This document shows positions 23,701-38,700 of a stretch of DNA of 64,000 nt, piece after piece. The notes beneath the pieces were generated by a model. The model ran no database searches and had not been told where the DNA came from. It was given only the letters and a program-made list of their open reading frames with translations. Position 1 is the first letter of the stretch. The number at the start of each line of letters is the position of its first letter. A program made the translations under genes and the position numbers. The stretch comes from Hypanus sabinus (taxonomy: Eukaryota), in contig NC_082714.1 in the NCBI RefSeq assembly GCF_030144855.1, positions 64,170,001 through 64,234,000 on the forward strand, written 5' to 3'.

Positions 23701-26700
23701 TTCACTCTGTCACTGAACTCACTATTTATACCTCTGACATTTACAGTATATTCCAGTTGTTAACCTTTACAACAACTAGTAAGGATCCCACCTTAGTCCC
23801 TATGGTATGCCAGTGCCCACAGGTTTCCAACCACAAAACTCTCCATTATCGTCCTCTGCAGCCAGTTTGCCTTTGACATAGCTCTAGGCTACGAGTATAA
23901 AATAGTTCGGCACTTGATGTTTATCTGTTTAGAGATACAGCCTGGTAAAAGGCCCTCCCGGTGCATTAAGTCCACGCTATCCAATTACACGTGAGGAAGG
24001 AAACCGGAGCATCGGGAGGAAAGACACTGAGTCACGTAAAGAACGTCCAAACTCCTTACTGACAGCGGTGGAGTTGAACCGAGGTCACTGGTACTGTATT
24101 TGTGTTATGTTAACCCCTATGTTACTATCCACTCAATTTATATTTGCACATGGACAATTTCCTTCCAATGCACAAACTACTTGATGCATGTACAGAGGAT
24201 AGAACTTTGGATGAAATGTACCATAGTTAATGTACAGTACTCTTGAGATGTGATCCCTGCAGTGATGTGGAAAACAGAGCAGCATAGCAGGAACCTAAAA
24301 GCTGCATTTAAATAACAAGCAGGCAACTTGTTTGAGATGTTGATTGAGGCACCTAGGCACACTGAAAATTTCTATGGCATTTTCCATAAAGCCATAGAGC
24401 TTTTATAAACTTCTGAACAGAAGGACAGGACAACTGGAAAACAGGAAATGAAGCTATGCACCAGCCCAACTGTAAAAGACTGTCTCTGAGGAAGACTTGA
24501 CACCCACTGAGCCAATGTTAACAACAACTCACAGATGTTCCTTTCTAGTAGACAATGAGCAGCATCAAGGGCTTGAAATGCTGATTGACCTACAGCTCGC
24601 TTGCCCAAGTTGATGAGGGAAAGTTGGCATCCAGAACACCAAGAGATAAACTGGACTTGGGACATTCTGCACTGAAGGACACAGTAGCTTAGTGAATAAT
24701 CTGCCTCCTGCTTCAAAAGTCTAGCCTTCACCGCTGGGCACAAAGACTAATGCTAACCCCAAAGCTACCCTTAACTCAAGGAAGCACATGCTTAAACCAG
24801 AGACTGCAGAAAAATTTCACACAACGGTGCCTGGATTTGAAGCCTTGAGTTATCAGGAGAGAGTGGATAGACTGGGTCTCGATTTCCTTGAGCAAATGGA
24901 AAGATATGATAGAAGTGGATGGCATTAAAGATAAGAATAAAGATTAGCTTTATTTGCCATGCACATCGAATCAAAAAGCGAAATGTGTCATTTGTATCAA
25001 TGACCATCAGTCCGAGGATATGCTGGGGGCTACCCACAAATCTGGCTATGCTTCTGGTGCTGACACAGCATGCCCACAACTTACCTGTGGAATGTGGGAG
25101 GAATCAGAGGAAACTGTCAGTCATAGGGAGAATGTACAGACAGCAGCGGGAATTCAGTAACAAGATTTAAGAAGCATCTGGAGAAGTACTTGAATGAGAA
25201 GGACAGTGGGATGTGGAGTTAATGTAGGTAACTGGGATTAGTGTCGACCGGCATGCTGGTCAACTTAAACACAGTAGGTAAAGGCCTGTTTTCTATGCTG
25301 GACAAAGAAAACAATTCAAGGATGTGCTCAGAGCTTTCTTAAAGAAATGCTCATCCTGACTCCTAGAAAAGTGTCATCCATAATCCCTGAAAGTGGGAAG
25401 GAAGATTCAGGATGGTATTGAGAATCTGGAGGGCCCAGCACAAGCTGCCACCGCCTCACAAACTAACTAACCACCCAACCTGCCAACTATCTGCCTTGAC
25501 TGTGGAAGAGCTCATTGGCCTCATCAGTCACCCCAGAACCCAGAGAACCAGAGTGGAATCAAATCATCCTTGAATGTGAGAGACTGCTCAAGAACAAACC
25601 AGATTTAAAGCAATCATTTAAATGTCCATGGGGAGGCAAAACTACACTTTGCAGTCAACTGTTACAATATCTGAAAAAGATACCATCTGAAAAAGTGGTG
25701 AAAGCTGATTTAATAATAACTTTCAAATAGCTGAGATGTAACAATCTGTGGTACGTTGGGGAGGGGGGAACAAATGACCAAGTGGGATGGACAAAATTAT
25801 TGGTGCAAAGAGCTAGTACAGGCAAGATGAGTCAAATGGCCTCCCCATACCATGTGATTCCACAGTGAGGAGATGGGGAGAGGATGAGGCACAGAGCTCA
25901 TACGCTCCTTTGCTCTCACTCTCTAAGCCTAAAATCCCAGAAAAGGGAAAGATTCAAAGCTGAGATACATGATTTCATTGGTTTCATTGAATTTTATAAC
26001 ACTAATTCAAATAAAAAGTCTTTTTTATTTTTGTAACATTATTAGATCTGAAATCACCAGACTAACATAAATTTATTGTTGGTAACAAAAAGAAATTAGC
26101 CAATTCACTCCTTTGTAAACCAGACGCCTTATATGAAATACCGTCTTGAAATTAGAACAAACAAATAAATAAAACAAATACAAGTCACTTAACACCAGAT
26201 AAACAGTGAACATTGCCTCTGGGTATCGATGCAAACAATCAGCACTGCAAAACCAGAAATAATAGCATGTTAAATAATCAGGAATTAAAAAAATATAATT
26301 CATGTTTCAATATCATAAAGAACACCGCAATAAATTTGTAATTTTCCACTTCTGAATCATTCATCCTTCATTTTTAATTACCATCCATTACTTTGAATTA
26401 GAACATTGCAATCATCCACTCCCCTGTGTAGTCTGCTTATTACAACTATCCATTCAGTAACTCCATCTAATTTAATCACAATGACTGCGCTAGATACAGC
26501 AGATGGTCCAAGATGGATTACTGAGGGGCCCATGCAATCCCCTGCTAATTCTGGCCTGATACATGGAAAGTGGGGCGAACAACAGCCAATTCACAACAAG
26601 CACCATTTGAAATGCAGTCTCCTAACCTCAGCAAGATGAGGGTCTATAAACAGAACTGCCTCTTAAAGCAAAGCAGGAGGGTGAGTTAATAACCAACACA

Positions 26701-29700
26701 GCTAGAATCACTGCACTCAGCCTCTGTTGGTGTGAAACCTGGTGGATAAATATCTCTGCTGTCATCGAGAGATAAGATCAGTGTTTTCATCTGAACCAGA
26801 AGGTTATGTGTTCAAGTTCTATTCCCTATGAGCACAAAATCCAGGCCAATACTCTAGTATAGTACTGAGGGAGTGCTTCACTCCTGAGAAGTAGAGCCCT
26901 TACACCAAAGCCTCCTTTTCCCTCTCAGGAAGGCAATGATCACATGGCCAATATTTGAAAAGGAATGTTGACCCAGCCATGTTTATGCTTGAATCAACAT
27001 CACATAAACCAACAACCAATAACTCATGATTGTTTGTCATAGCTTGCTAGGTGTAAAGCAGATGCTGTGTTTCAAGGAGATCCACTGGGTGTAAAATTCT
27101 GAGGTCATGGTATCAGTACACCAAACAAAAATGCTGGGAACACACAGTAGGTTAAGTAGTGTGCTTGGTTCACTGCAACTGAGATCATGTCTATGTAATT
27201 TTTTTCCCCTGGTCTTGATGAAAGGTCATCAACCTGCAACATTTACTGTTCTCCTCAGCTGCATGACCTGCTCAGTATTTCCTGAAGTTAGTTTTGGTCT
27301 GGATTTCTTCGAATGATCAAATAATGCCTACAATTAATTCTCCAAGCTCATATGAGGTTTGATGTAGTGTTGATGACATGTGGAATTCAATCCTGTCAGT
27401 CAACATCACCCCCACCCCACCAAGTATGCAACACAGAAGACACAATTAAAAGCTTTTCAGCTGTTATTGTTATTAAAACACTCACTTTTGTCCATTATGT
27501 TCTGTTCAAGTGTCTGAGGATCGTGAGACACAGCCTGGTCCAGGTACTGCAGGAGCTTGCTCATGCTGGAGACGGGTATTCCGAAGGACTGGACGAACAG
27601 GATCAGCTGCTGGGGTTCCAAATCTTGGAGTGCTGTGAGAAAGAAAAGGAAATGATGTTGAAGAATTAAGACACAAGAAAGACAGCAAATGCTGGAAATT
27701 TGGATCAACACACACAATGCTAGAGGAACTCTGCATATCAGGCAGTATCTATGGAGGGGGAAAAAGTCAACATTTCCATTGAAGGTCCTTCAATCAAGAC
27801 TGATGAAGGGCTTCAGCCCAAAACGTTAACTCTTCATTTCCTTCCATCAATGTTGCCTGACCTGCTAAGTTCCTCTAGCATTTTGTGTGGGAGGATGAAG
27901 AATTAGTTGCCTTGCATACACCTCAAAGCTGTTCCAGCTAACTTAAACTTGCCTAATCTCAGAAAGACAGATTGCAACTCCCTTGTCTACCCACCCCACT
28001 CTTACACAAGCCAACATTTTTAAAACACCAGTGCACCATATCTATTGAGTACTGCTTGATTTATCCTCAATTTTCACTCCTTCTTTCACCATTGGTGGAA
28101 TCAAGTAATAAAGACTTTAACCCACCTCCCAGGTTCCACAATTAAAAAATAAACACCTGGAATTGAGTACAAGATTGCAATTCAATTCACAAAGTGCAGA
28201 TGATACCAGAAACCCAGGCAGTGAACCTCAAGTGGTTTATTAGAACTGTCAAGTTAACACCAAGCCTTGAAATCACTCGAGGACACCTAATTATACAAGT
28301 AATCAACTTCAGAGAGTGGTCTTATTCAGCTTTTATTGAACATCAGTTTCTGTCAGCAAAGCTCCACGTTGCTGACTTGCACAGATGCTCAGGCTCAGAT
28401 TAATGACCAAGAATGGAGAGCAACAGAAGTACATTTCTTTCTAAGCTTTTATCTACAAATAAACATCACAATCTTTAAAGGACAATATTCTTCAATTACA
28501 TTGACAGTAAACCTGTCACAGTTCACTGGTATATGCAGTGGTAGTTGTCAAATGACTAATAAGACGAAGATGACCCCAAATACAAATCTTCGTTATGAGG
28601 TACAGATACTAATAAGGGTAACCCGTCAGATCTACCATGAAGGGGGGGAGGACAGTGCCCAGATGTTTTAGTTTAGAGGGCTATTTCAGTTTATAAAAGA
28701 TGACTTTGTAAACTGATAACAAAGAACAATTACTGAAAGTGAAAACATTTTCTGCTGTTTGCAGGAATGAAAGTATAAACATGTTAGATTTTTGATTTTC
28801 AAAATTCAAAGTAAATTTATAACCAAAGCACATATATGTCACCATATACAACCCTGAGATTCATTTTTTGTGGGCGTTCACAGTAAATACAAAAGATACA
28901 ATACAATCCATGAAAGAATACCCAAATAAGACAGACAGACAATGTGCAAATACAAAAAAATTCAAAAATAATAAATAAATAAATAAATATCAAGAATATG
29001 AGATGAAGAGTCCTTAAAATAGTTCACAGGCTGTGGGAACAATTCAGTTATCAGGGGAGTTAAGTTATCCCCTCTGGTTCAAGAGCCTGATGGTTGACGG
29101 GTAATAATGGTTTCCTGAACCTGGTGGTGTGGCTCCTGTACCTCCTTCTTGATGGCAGCAGCTAGAAGAGTACATGGCCTGGATAGTGAGGGTGCTTGAA
29201 AATGGATGCTGCTTTCCTGCAACAGTGCTCTGGTGTAGATGTGCTTAGTGGTAGGGAGGGCTTTAACCTAGATGGACTGGGCTGTATTCACTACTTTTTG
29301 TCAGCTTTTCTGTTCAAGGGCATTGGTGTTTCCATACCAGACCACAATGCAACCAGGCTGCATTATGGCCTGGTGTAAGAACACCAATGCCTCCTAGCCA
29401 AAAATCCAACAAAAGGTAATGGATTCAGTCCAGTACATCACAGGTAAAACACTCCCAAACATTAAGCACGTCAACATGAAACAGGCCTGTGGAAAAACAG
29501 CATTCATCATCAAAGGTCCTCACCACACAGACTATGCTCTTTTCTCATTGCAACCATCAGGTAGAAGGTACAAGTGCCTCAGGACTCGCACCACCAGGTT
29601 CAAGAACAGTTACTATCACTCAACCATCAGGGTTTTGAACAAAAGGGGATAGCTACACTCATTTACGGACTCTGTTATATTGTTATTTCATGCTCTTTAT

Positions 29701-32700
29701 TTATTGCTATTTATTTATATCTGTATTTGCAGTTTGTTTACAGTTCCTAATGTTTACAAATTCTGTTTACAGTTACTGTTTTATAGATTTGCTAAGTATG
29801 CCCACAGAAAACAAAATCTCAGGGTTGTAAGTGGTCACATGTATGTACTCTAATAATAAAGTTTACTTTGAACTTTAGTATTATGGGAGCTTGTTCATAT
29901 GTATGGGTGACAATAAGTCAGGCCTTAATCTAGGGACTGATCTCTCTTATAGCTGATGCCTCTGTTCACTCTTCTAATCATCAACCACAGAGTTAAAATA
30001 CAATAATTAAACACAATATTCATAAATGACAAGCTTTAGTTTCATGCTTTCAATGTCAACGTGATCAACTAAATCTCAGTCACATACGTCATTGTGAGGC
30101 ATCTATCTAGCATGCCCAGCCTCGACTACATCTTCAAGAAGCGCTGTCTCAAAAAGTTAGCATGTATCATAAAGGACCCCTATCACCCAGGAGATGCCCT
30201 CTTCTCATTGCTACCATCCGGGAAGAAGTACAGGAGCCTGAAGACACACACACAACACTTTAGGAACATCTTCTTCTGGTTCGCCATCAGCTTTCTGAAT
30301 GGACAATGAACCCATATACACCACCTCACGACATATGCCAGTGATATTAAACCTGATTCTAATCACTATCTAAATCAGGTCATTTCCATCCTCATGTTTA
30401 AAACCTTCACAGTCTCATCATTCCAGGTCTCTGAAGTCACTTCCACTTGACCATGAGACTCTTTTCATTCACCTGGACTGAACTTGTAGCAGAAGTAGTC
30501 CTAACTCATTACCTAGGAAGATCATTTTGTTTTGTAAAATAAAGAATGGTGTCACCTTGTAAAAGTGCAACAGGCTCAATTAAAAAAAAGCTTATTTACC
30601 TGCATCTACCAATCGGGACACTTCTGAGCGGATCATCCGGAGTTTCAGCCAGTCAGGGAGAAGCAGTGCTTCTTCTGAAGTATCAACTAGGAATGCCGTG
30701 GGGAGTGGTTTCTTGTCAGGAAACCAAACGTCGAGAAGGTGGTAGAAATCACTGTCACCTGTAAACCACAATTCAAGAATGATTACACGCTAAACAACAC
30801 TGCAGAATTTTTTAAGTGGGAGATTTTAGGAAGAGCTATCAAGGAAACACCCACACTTAAGCCTAAAAAGCCGATGAGCAACTTGATGCAATGAGATTAA
30901 GTACATTTTAGTTGGCATTAAAGTTCAACTTTGCATAAAGTCCATCTACCCTGTGAGAGCCAGAGGCATTACTATATGCATAGTATCAGAAGGTAAACCC
31001 TCCCATACTCAGACAAAGCACCCTTTCAACACCTGCTTGGCCAGATGAATTTATTCTTAGGACATGGCAGACCAGTACTTACTGTCACTTGTTAACTGTC
31101 TTTCAGATGACGGCCCACTTTCATAAACTGCTCAAGTCCATGTGGTGAAATAACTCAGTATTGTCGGGAAGTTACAAGATTTGGACTAAGGAATAATGAT
31201 GGGTTAATGATAAAATGTTAAGATAGGATTATGTAGGACCTGGAAGGAATGTCGTTATATGCATTCCATCTTTGCCCTTCTCAGCTGTAAAGTTCCAGGT
31301 TTAGAGCAGGGGTTCCCAACCTGGGGTCCGTAGACCCCTCAGTTAAAAGGTTGGGAATCCCTGGTTTAGAGGATGCTTTTAAAGAAGCAGTTACAAGTTG
31401 CTGCAGTCCATCTTGTAAAATGCACAAACTGCAGTCACAGCACACCGATTATGCAGGGAGTAAATATTTTAATCTGATGCTGGTTGTTTCAATTAAGCAA
31501 TCACTTTATCCTGGAAAGCAAAGCATATGACATTGGCAACACAATGGGAATGTTTAAACGCTAATCACATTCTCATTGTGCAAAGCTGCAAGTGACTATC
31601 TCAAGCAGCCATGTTACACAAATATATCAGTGTTGCACAGAACCACTTAACACAAGTTCAAACATGGTCAACCCACATATCCTTCTATTTATTAAGGAGA
31701 GAAATGCTTGAGAACAAAATACATTCAATCTCAAACTCAGCCACAGTCAACTACAGCATGGGTCAAATGCTACCCCAATGTTAGAGCGGATCCCATCCCA
31801 CCCAGGACATATTATCCAAGAGAAGCTGCCAATCTACGACAAACTCTGGGCAATTTTCTACAACAAATGCTCACTACTTCAGAATATATTCGTGCTGACT
31901 TCCTGAAATGTCTGGGCTGGGGAAGCGAGAAACTATTCCACGTTAAATTTGAAGCCAGTTGCCGCAAGTGAATAATGTGAGGATCAAATTCAATAAGTGG
32001 TTTCTCCAATGAAATCGATATTTTGTAAGTTAGCTAAATAGACTGGAAAGGAATAATATCTGAATTATTACTCCTCAAGCAATTGACACGATAGCAAACC
32101 TCTTTCTTTGTTATGAATATACAAGTTATTGCAGAAAAAAATTGAAGAACTGCTTTTTATTCAAAGTAAAATTTTTTTAAATCAAAGTACATATATGCCA
32201 CCATATACAACCCTGAGATTTATTTTATTGTGGGCAGCAGGATGTTGTATGAGGTGGAAAGTTTCATCTATGAAGAGAGATTGAAGAGGGTGCATTTGTT
32301 TTCCTTGGAGTGCAGAAGGCCGAGGGGGGAGCTAATTGAGTTATACAAAATTATTAAGGGCATACAAAGGATTGTGAGAAACTTTCCTTTAGCAGATGCA
32401 TCTGTGACGTCAGCAAAATGTTAAAGTAAAGGCTAAGAATTTAGGGAGGACTTTGGGAAGATATTTTTAGTTCACAGAATGGCTAAAATCTGGAATGTAC
32501 TGTTGGAGATGTTGCTGGAAGCAAGTTCTCTCACAATGTTTGAGTTGCACTGGAAACACCATGCATTGAATTATATGGACTAAGAGATGGGGAATGTTAT
32601 TACAATTTTGAGATTGCATGGACAGTTGGTTATAGCCAGTTAGTACGGACTCAGTGGGCTGAAGAATTTGTTCCCTTGTTCTATGAACCAGTGATTAACA

Positions 32701-35700
32701 TGTGGGGGATATTCAATGAAGACTGCACAATATTCACTTCCATTTGCAACTCAACAATTTAGGCATGGATGATAAATAGCAAGTAACATTCATGCCATAA
32801 AAAATGCCCACCAATGACCAAGTCCTTCAGTGGAGAATCTAACCATCTACTGCTGATATTCAATGCTGTTATAATTACCAGACCCTCCACCTCAATCAAA
32901 ACTCAAATAGAAAAATCACTAGAGACACAAAGACTGGTTAGCAGCTAGGTATCCTGTGGTGAATTACTCGCCCTCTGACACCCCAACACCTTTCCAATTA
33001 TTTTCCACATTAAGTGCAGTTCCAACAATTCTCAATAAGTTCATCACATGCAGGACACAGCAGCCTTGCACCCTGGCACACATTTCGGTAGTGTATACTA
33101 GTACAAAATGCACAAGTTACTTGTCTGGACTTCTCCTTAAGTACCTCATAAATCTATATCTTCTACAAGTTGCACAGAATTTACTGCAATGCTTTCCAGT
33201 GCCAGTTGTAAGATCAGAGACCAATGCTGCTGTCTGTAAGCAGTTTGCACATTCTCCCTGTAACTGTGTGGGCTTCTTCTGTGAGCTCCGGTTTTCTCCC
33301 ACATTCCAAAGACTTAGGGTTTAGTAAGTAGTAGGCATGTTGATGCCTGAAGTGTGGTGACATCCGTGGACTGCTCCTACCATAACCCTTGGACTGTGCT
33401 GGTACTGATACAAGGAATGCATTTCACTGTATGCCTCAATGTACATGTGACAAATAAAGCCAATCTTTATCTTTAATTTCCAGCAAGGTGACAATGATCA
33501 ACAGCGACATCTTGCAGACAGCTTACAAAACTGCTGGGTATTTTTCTTCTTCTAAATATAATGCTTCTTCTGGACTGGGATTGATTGTAGCCCGTAATTT
33601 CCCTCTTAAGGATTACTGAACAATCTGGTGCTTATGAGATCTCTTGGGCGTCTCGGTATGGAGTGAAGTTAAGTCTGTCACTGGGGGTGTATACTGCATT
33701 GATTCCTAAAGCTGGAATACAAACCTGTGGTCAACTCCATTACTCTGTGCTGATTAAAGCATCAAGCAAGATTAAAACTGTCGAGGATGAGAGCAGAAAA
33801 TGAACCAGTGTTCAGAGCCGCCTACCTAGGTTTGACTGGTCTTCCTCTCACTGCATCCGGCGCAAGGTGCAGGAGTTTTGGGTCCCACCTTGGCAGCTCA
33901 TTGATGTTGACTCACTCTCTGCTATGGTTTGATGCTTAATGTCTCAGTGCTGAACACACTTTTCTATTTGTGTGATTTGATAGTACCACTTCAGCATGGA
34001 ACTGAGTCTGCGGCTGTGGTCTGAAGCCATCGGCACAACGCTGAATTGACTGACTCTATGGCTCTGACCGTGGTATTGGCTCCCGGACAGCCTTAACTTG
34101 CCTCGGGGATGGGGGCTCTACAGTTTGATGTTTAATGTTTTGCGTGTTACTTGTTAGCGCAATTTGTTCCCCCCCTCCAAACATCCGTTGATCTTGTTGT
34201 GTGTGGGGGGGGGGGGGGTTTCTTTAAAAAAAAGTTCTATGATTTTTTTGTGTGACTGTCTGTAAGGAGGTGAATCTCAAGGTTGTATACATACTTTGAT
34301 AATAAATGTGCTTTGAATTTTAAAGCAAGGACAAAGGTTTCAGGTGCATGGGAACACCATCTTCCCCTTCAAGTTGATCTGAAAATATTTGTCACTGTGG
34401 GAGCTCTCGCTACCCAAAATTGGGATAGTAAGAGTGGATAGTTTAATGTTAATTATTACAGGTGTCTCTGGCAGCTCTGCGGTCGTATGCTCTGTGCTAT
34501 TTTTGCTTAAGCACTCAATACACCAGAATATAATGATTTCATTTGTCACCTTTCTGAATGGACAGAGCTATCAAAGCCAGCATTTATTATCCACCCAAAG
34601 ATTATTTTTTAGTTTAATAACATATCAAAACCCTGCTTTCATGTCAATACCTTGAGGAGGACCTAACGTCAGGAGAATGACCATAGCATGAACCACTAGA
34701 ATATGCATGGTAGCTGTCTCCCCAGTGGTCCAACGCAGAAAAACCTGGTCCTGGGACTCAGACTGTGGATGAGAAACATGAAAAAAATCATTAGTTCTCC
34801 CTGTGGCAGTCACATTCCTGGAATTAAGAGAATTATTAGAGTTGGAAATATTTAACTAAGCAGAGACTTTCTAAATGAGGGGTTCCCAACCCTTTTTATG
34901 CAACGGCCCCCTAGCATTAACTGAGGTGTCTGTGGACTCCAGGTTGGGAAACCCCTGTTCTAAGTAGAATGGCAGAAAGAGTTAGAGAAAGATAAAATTT
35001 GCAGAGCTGCTAGGAAAGAGCAGGGAGAATGGACAGAGCCATTGCAAAAATATCAGCAACATATCCTTCCTTCCTCTGTGCATAGGGACAGAATGGAGAA
35101 TATTTTGTATTGGCATAACTTCACCAATCCCTGACCCATTTAGTATTTCTCATAGGATTCTCAACTTAAAGAGAATGGCACATTAAAGTATGATGCCATC
35201 TGTGCCTCCTTGAAAGAAACTAATTACTTAAGAAACTAAATGTAAAGCAGTAGAAGTAGACTACTCTACATCTCGAGCCTGCTCCATCATTCAACAGGAC
35301 AACCTATCTCAAAACCGTTTTCCCGCTCCATCACCACTATCATGGGTACCTTTATTACATTTTCAAAATGGTACAACTAAAAGAGCTGCTATGTGACAGC
35401 TTCAGCAACCCAAGGTCAATCTTGACCTTTGGTGCTACCAACGTAATTTTACAATTTCCCCCTAAGACTGTGAGGCACTTTGGATTCCTCCTACATCCCA
35501 AAGACATGCAACCTGCTTAACCGGCCTCTGCAAATTATCACTAGTACACAGTTAGGTGGTGAAAATTGGAGGTTACTGGAAAAGTGGGGAGAATAAAATA
35601 GGATTGGTGTAGAATTAGTGTTTCATGTTGTATTGATTTGATAAAGCTAAATGTCTCTACTTAAAAGAGCATAAGAAATAAGAGCAGGAGTAGGCCATCC

Positions 35701-38700
35701 AACCCATTGAGCCTGCCTCAACATTCAAAAAGATCATGGCTGATCTGTCCATAAACTCAGCTCAATCTAACTATCTTTTCCACATAACCCTTAATTTCCC
35801 TACAATGTAAAGATCTATCTATCTGTATCTTAAAAATATTTAGTGAAGAAGCCTCAACTGCTTTCCTGAGCAGAGAATTCCACAGACTCTCCACTCTATG
35901 GGAAAAACAGTTTCTCCTCATCACCATCCTACATCTTCTCCCCTGAATCTTGAGGCAATGTCCCTCAAAAGGGACAACTGCAGCTTCTCTTTTTCTCGCT
36001 GCCCATTCCTCCTCCAAGATTTCCTTCATTCAAATGAACCTCCTAATTTTTCTCAAGTTCTGATTTGATTTCTTCATGTGGATAATGGACTACAAAGAAT
36101 AAAAGGCTGTGGAATAACTGCCAGCAGACACCAGGATCAAGTGTATATCCAATGCACAATACAGATCACTGAGTCATTCATGAATCCAGGTTATGTGCAA
36201 CAGCTAAAGACAAAGCCTACATGACCAATCACTCACCCAGCTGTACACCTCCTCATCCTCCTTTGTCTTCCGCATTCGTTTCACGTACCGGGAGAAGATG
36301 GCAATTAGAGCCACCAGTACAGACTCGCACTCTGTTCTGTAGGAGTGCTTGGCAAAAAGGTGGGTCATAATGGTGGATCTCTCCACAATTAAACGAGCAA
36401 CATCCTAAGGAAACAAAAGGATGAATTGCAACATAACAACTAAAACTCATCAACAATGGAAAGTACATTGCAAACAAGGACAAAAATACCATACAAAATC
36501 TACCAGGTCACTCTTAAAAGATCTCCACCTAAAAGGTGTCAGCCTGGCCTATAAACTGCTCTGTGATAACTGATTGATACTCTGTATTTTGTCAATATTT
36601 ACCTATTCACTTTTACCAATCACCTACTGTGCTAAATGATTTCACAGAAAATCCTGGTCCAATCACGTTTCCAATTTAAAGTTCATATTGTTGATTCCTG
36701 TGATCTTGACCTCACCTCTCCATATAAATTTCTCAATACTGGTAGCCTCCACCGAGATCTCAGCTCTCCTCCATTTCTGGATCCTATTGCCATCCAATAG
36801 TTCAACCTTCAGCTCGTGAAGTCCTATGCTAAATCCCCCCTTGCTCATCTCTTTTCAGCTGCTCCATTAAACCTATCCCTCTGACAATTCCTTTTGATCA
36901 CCTCTCTCAACATCACCTCATGGAGCTCTGTACTAAACTTTGACTGATTATGCTCCTTAGAAACACTAAGGTTTATTAACTATATCAAAGGTGCTACTAT
37001 TCTTCAGGACAGCAGCATATAAAATAATTTAATGGTTTATTGTCTGGCAATACCACCAGAATTTCCTTTGTTGAAGATGGGAGTATCCAAAGTAGGCCAA
37101 ATGGTCTACTTCTGCACCTATTCTCTATTGTCTAATTTTCATACATTAGAAGTACTTCTCATGTGTCAGGTCAGTTTGCATATTGATGAGATAAAGTTCT
37201 AACATGAAAATAAACCTAACAGAACACCAAGTACAGAAGAACTCCCTAAATCTGGAACCAAGGGTGCCAGACTGGCAGATTATCATTCCCATTAATACCT
37301 CAACATGTTGTGAAACTCAACTTTTGAAATATGTTACACAGTGAACACAAGTTGATCCTCATTTTCCTTCCTGATCCACAACAATCCAAAAGCCTACCTT
37401 AATCCTGAACATACTTAATGGTATCTACAGATTTCTAGAATACAGAATCCGATTCACAACCCAACCTCAGTCCTAAGCAGTCAACCTCTTGTCCCAAGAC
37501 TACAACCACTAGTTCTAGATTACCCACTTATGCCTTCTGTGGGTGATCCAGCCGTGCCAATTCCACTACCCGTCATTATATTACACCCTCAACCTTATGA
37601 GTCCTTATTAAGTGGGATCTTACTAAACACATTTTCAAAACTGCATTGAAATGAAACACTTTCACAAGCTGGGTAAATAAGACAACCGTACGTCTGTCAT
37701 AGATCTATTGTTTTGTCATGCTGCCTAATTATTCAAGCTTGTAGATATATTCTTACCAGAGCAAGGTCATTATGCTGAGCCTGTTCCTCTACTGGAGCAT
37801 GTTGTGACAAATAAACAACATAAGCACTGATGGTTTGGGGATCAGTCTCCACATGAATTGCCTGCAAATCAAAATTAGCTATAAGACTTTTAAAAAAAAT
37901 TAACAAATTCATAACTCAAATCAACACCAAGTATGTCTCTCAGCGATTTACCCCCTGTATCCCCTTTTTGGCTACATACCACATCATTTCCCTGTCTGCC
38001 CAAATCTTAAACAGTTAAAATATACTAGTCCCATTAAATGAACAACAGTGTTCACTTCTGAGAGGGTGAACAAAAACTATTGGAATCTGATGCCCTCATG
38101 TGGTGAAAAGTCCTGATCTCAGCAAACAGTCACACGACACAGAAAATACAGTCAGCACAACACAGAAACAGGCCTTTTGAGCCAACTCACCCATGCTGAA
38201 TAAGTTGCCTACCCAAACTAGCCTATTTGGCGCATATGACCTCTAAACCTTTCCTATTCTCTCACCTATCCAAATATCTTTAAAAATTGTAAATCATACT
38301 TAAACGTATGTATAATGATCACAAGATACGTTGGGAACGCAAAGGACTGGAGGCCTGCACCATGAGCAACAGAGATAATGAAGGAGCTGAGCAACGTGCT
38401 GCTACCTGAGTCGATGGAGACTTACAGGCATGTAGCGAGTGGCCATCACGGTCACTTTTCTTGTGATCTTGTCTTCGGACACTGTTAATCTGGTTTACTG
38501 CAGGTTTGATTTGCTGATCAATTGGATGCGAGCAGGAGCGGATGGAGAGGGCCGAGTCCTCAGTCGTAACGAAGACTAGGCCTGAAGCCACAGTTTCGCC
38601 TGTTTGCAACTGCCCTGAGTGAGAGTCTGAGCCATTGTGCTTCGCGGTGGCTGTGTGGCACGGTGTCCAGACGGAGTTGGAGCTTCCCTCCCACGGTTTT

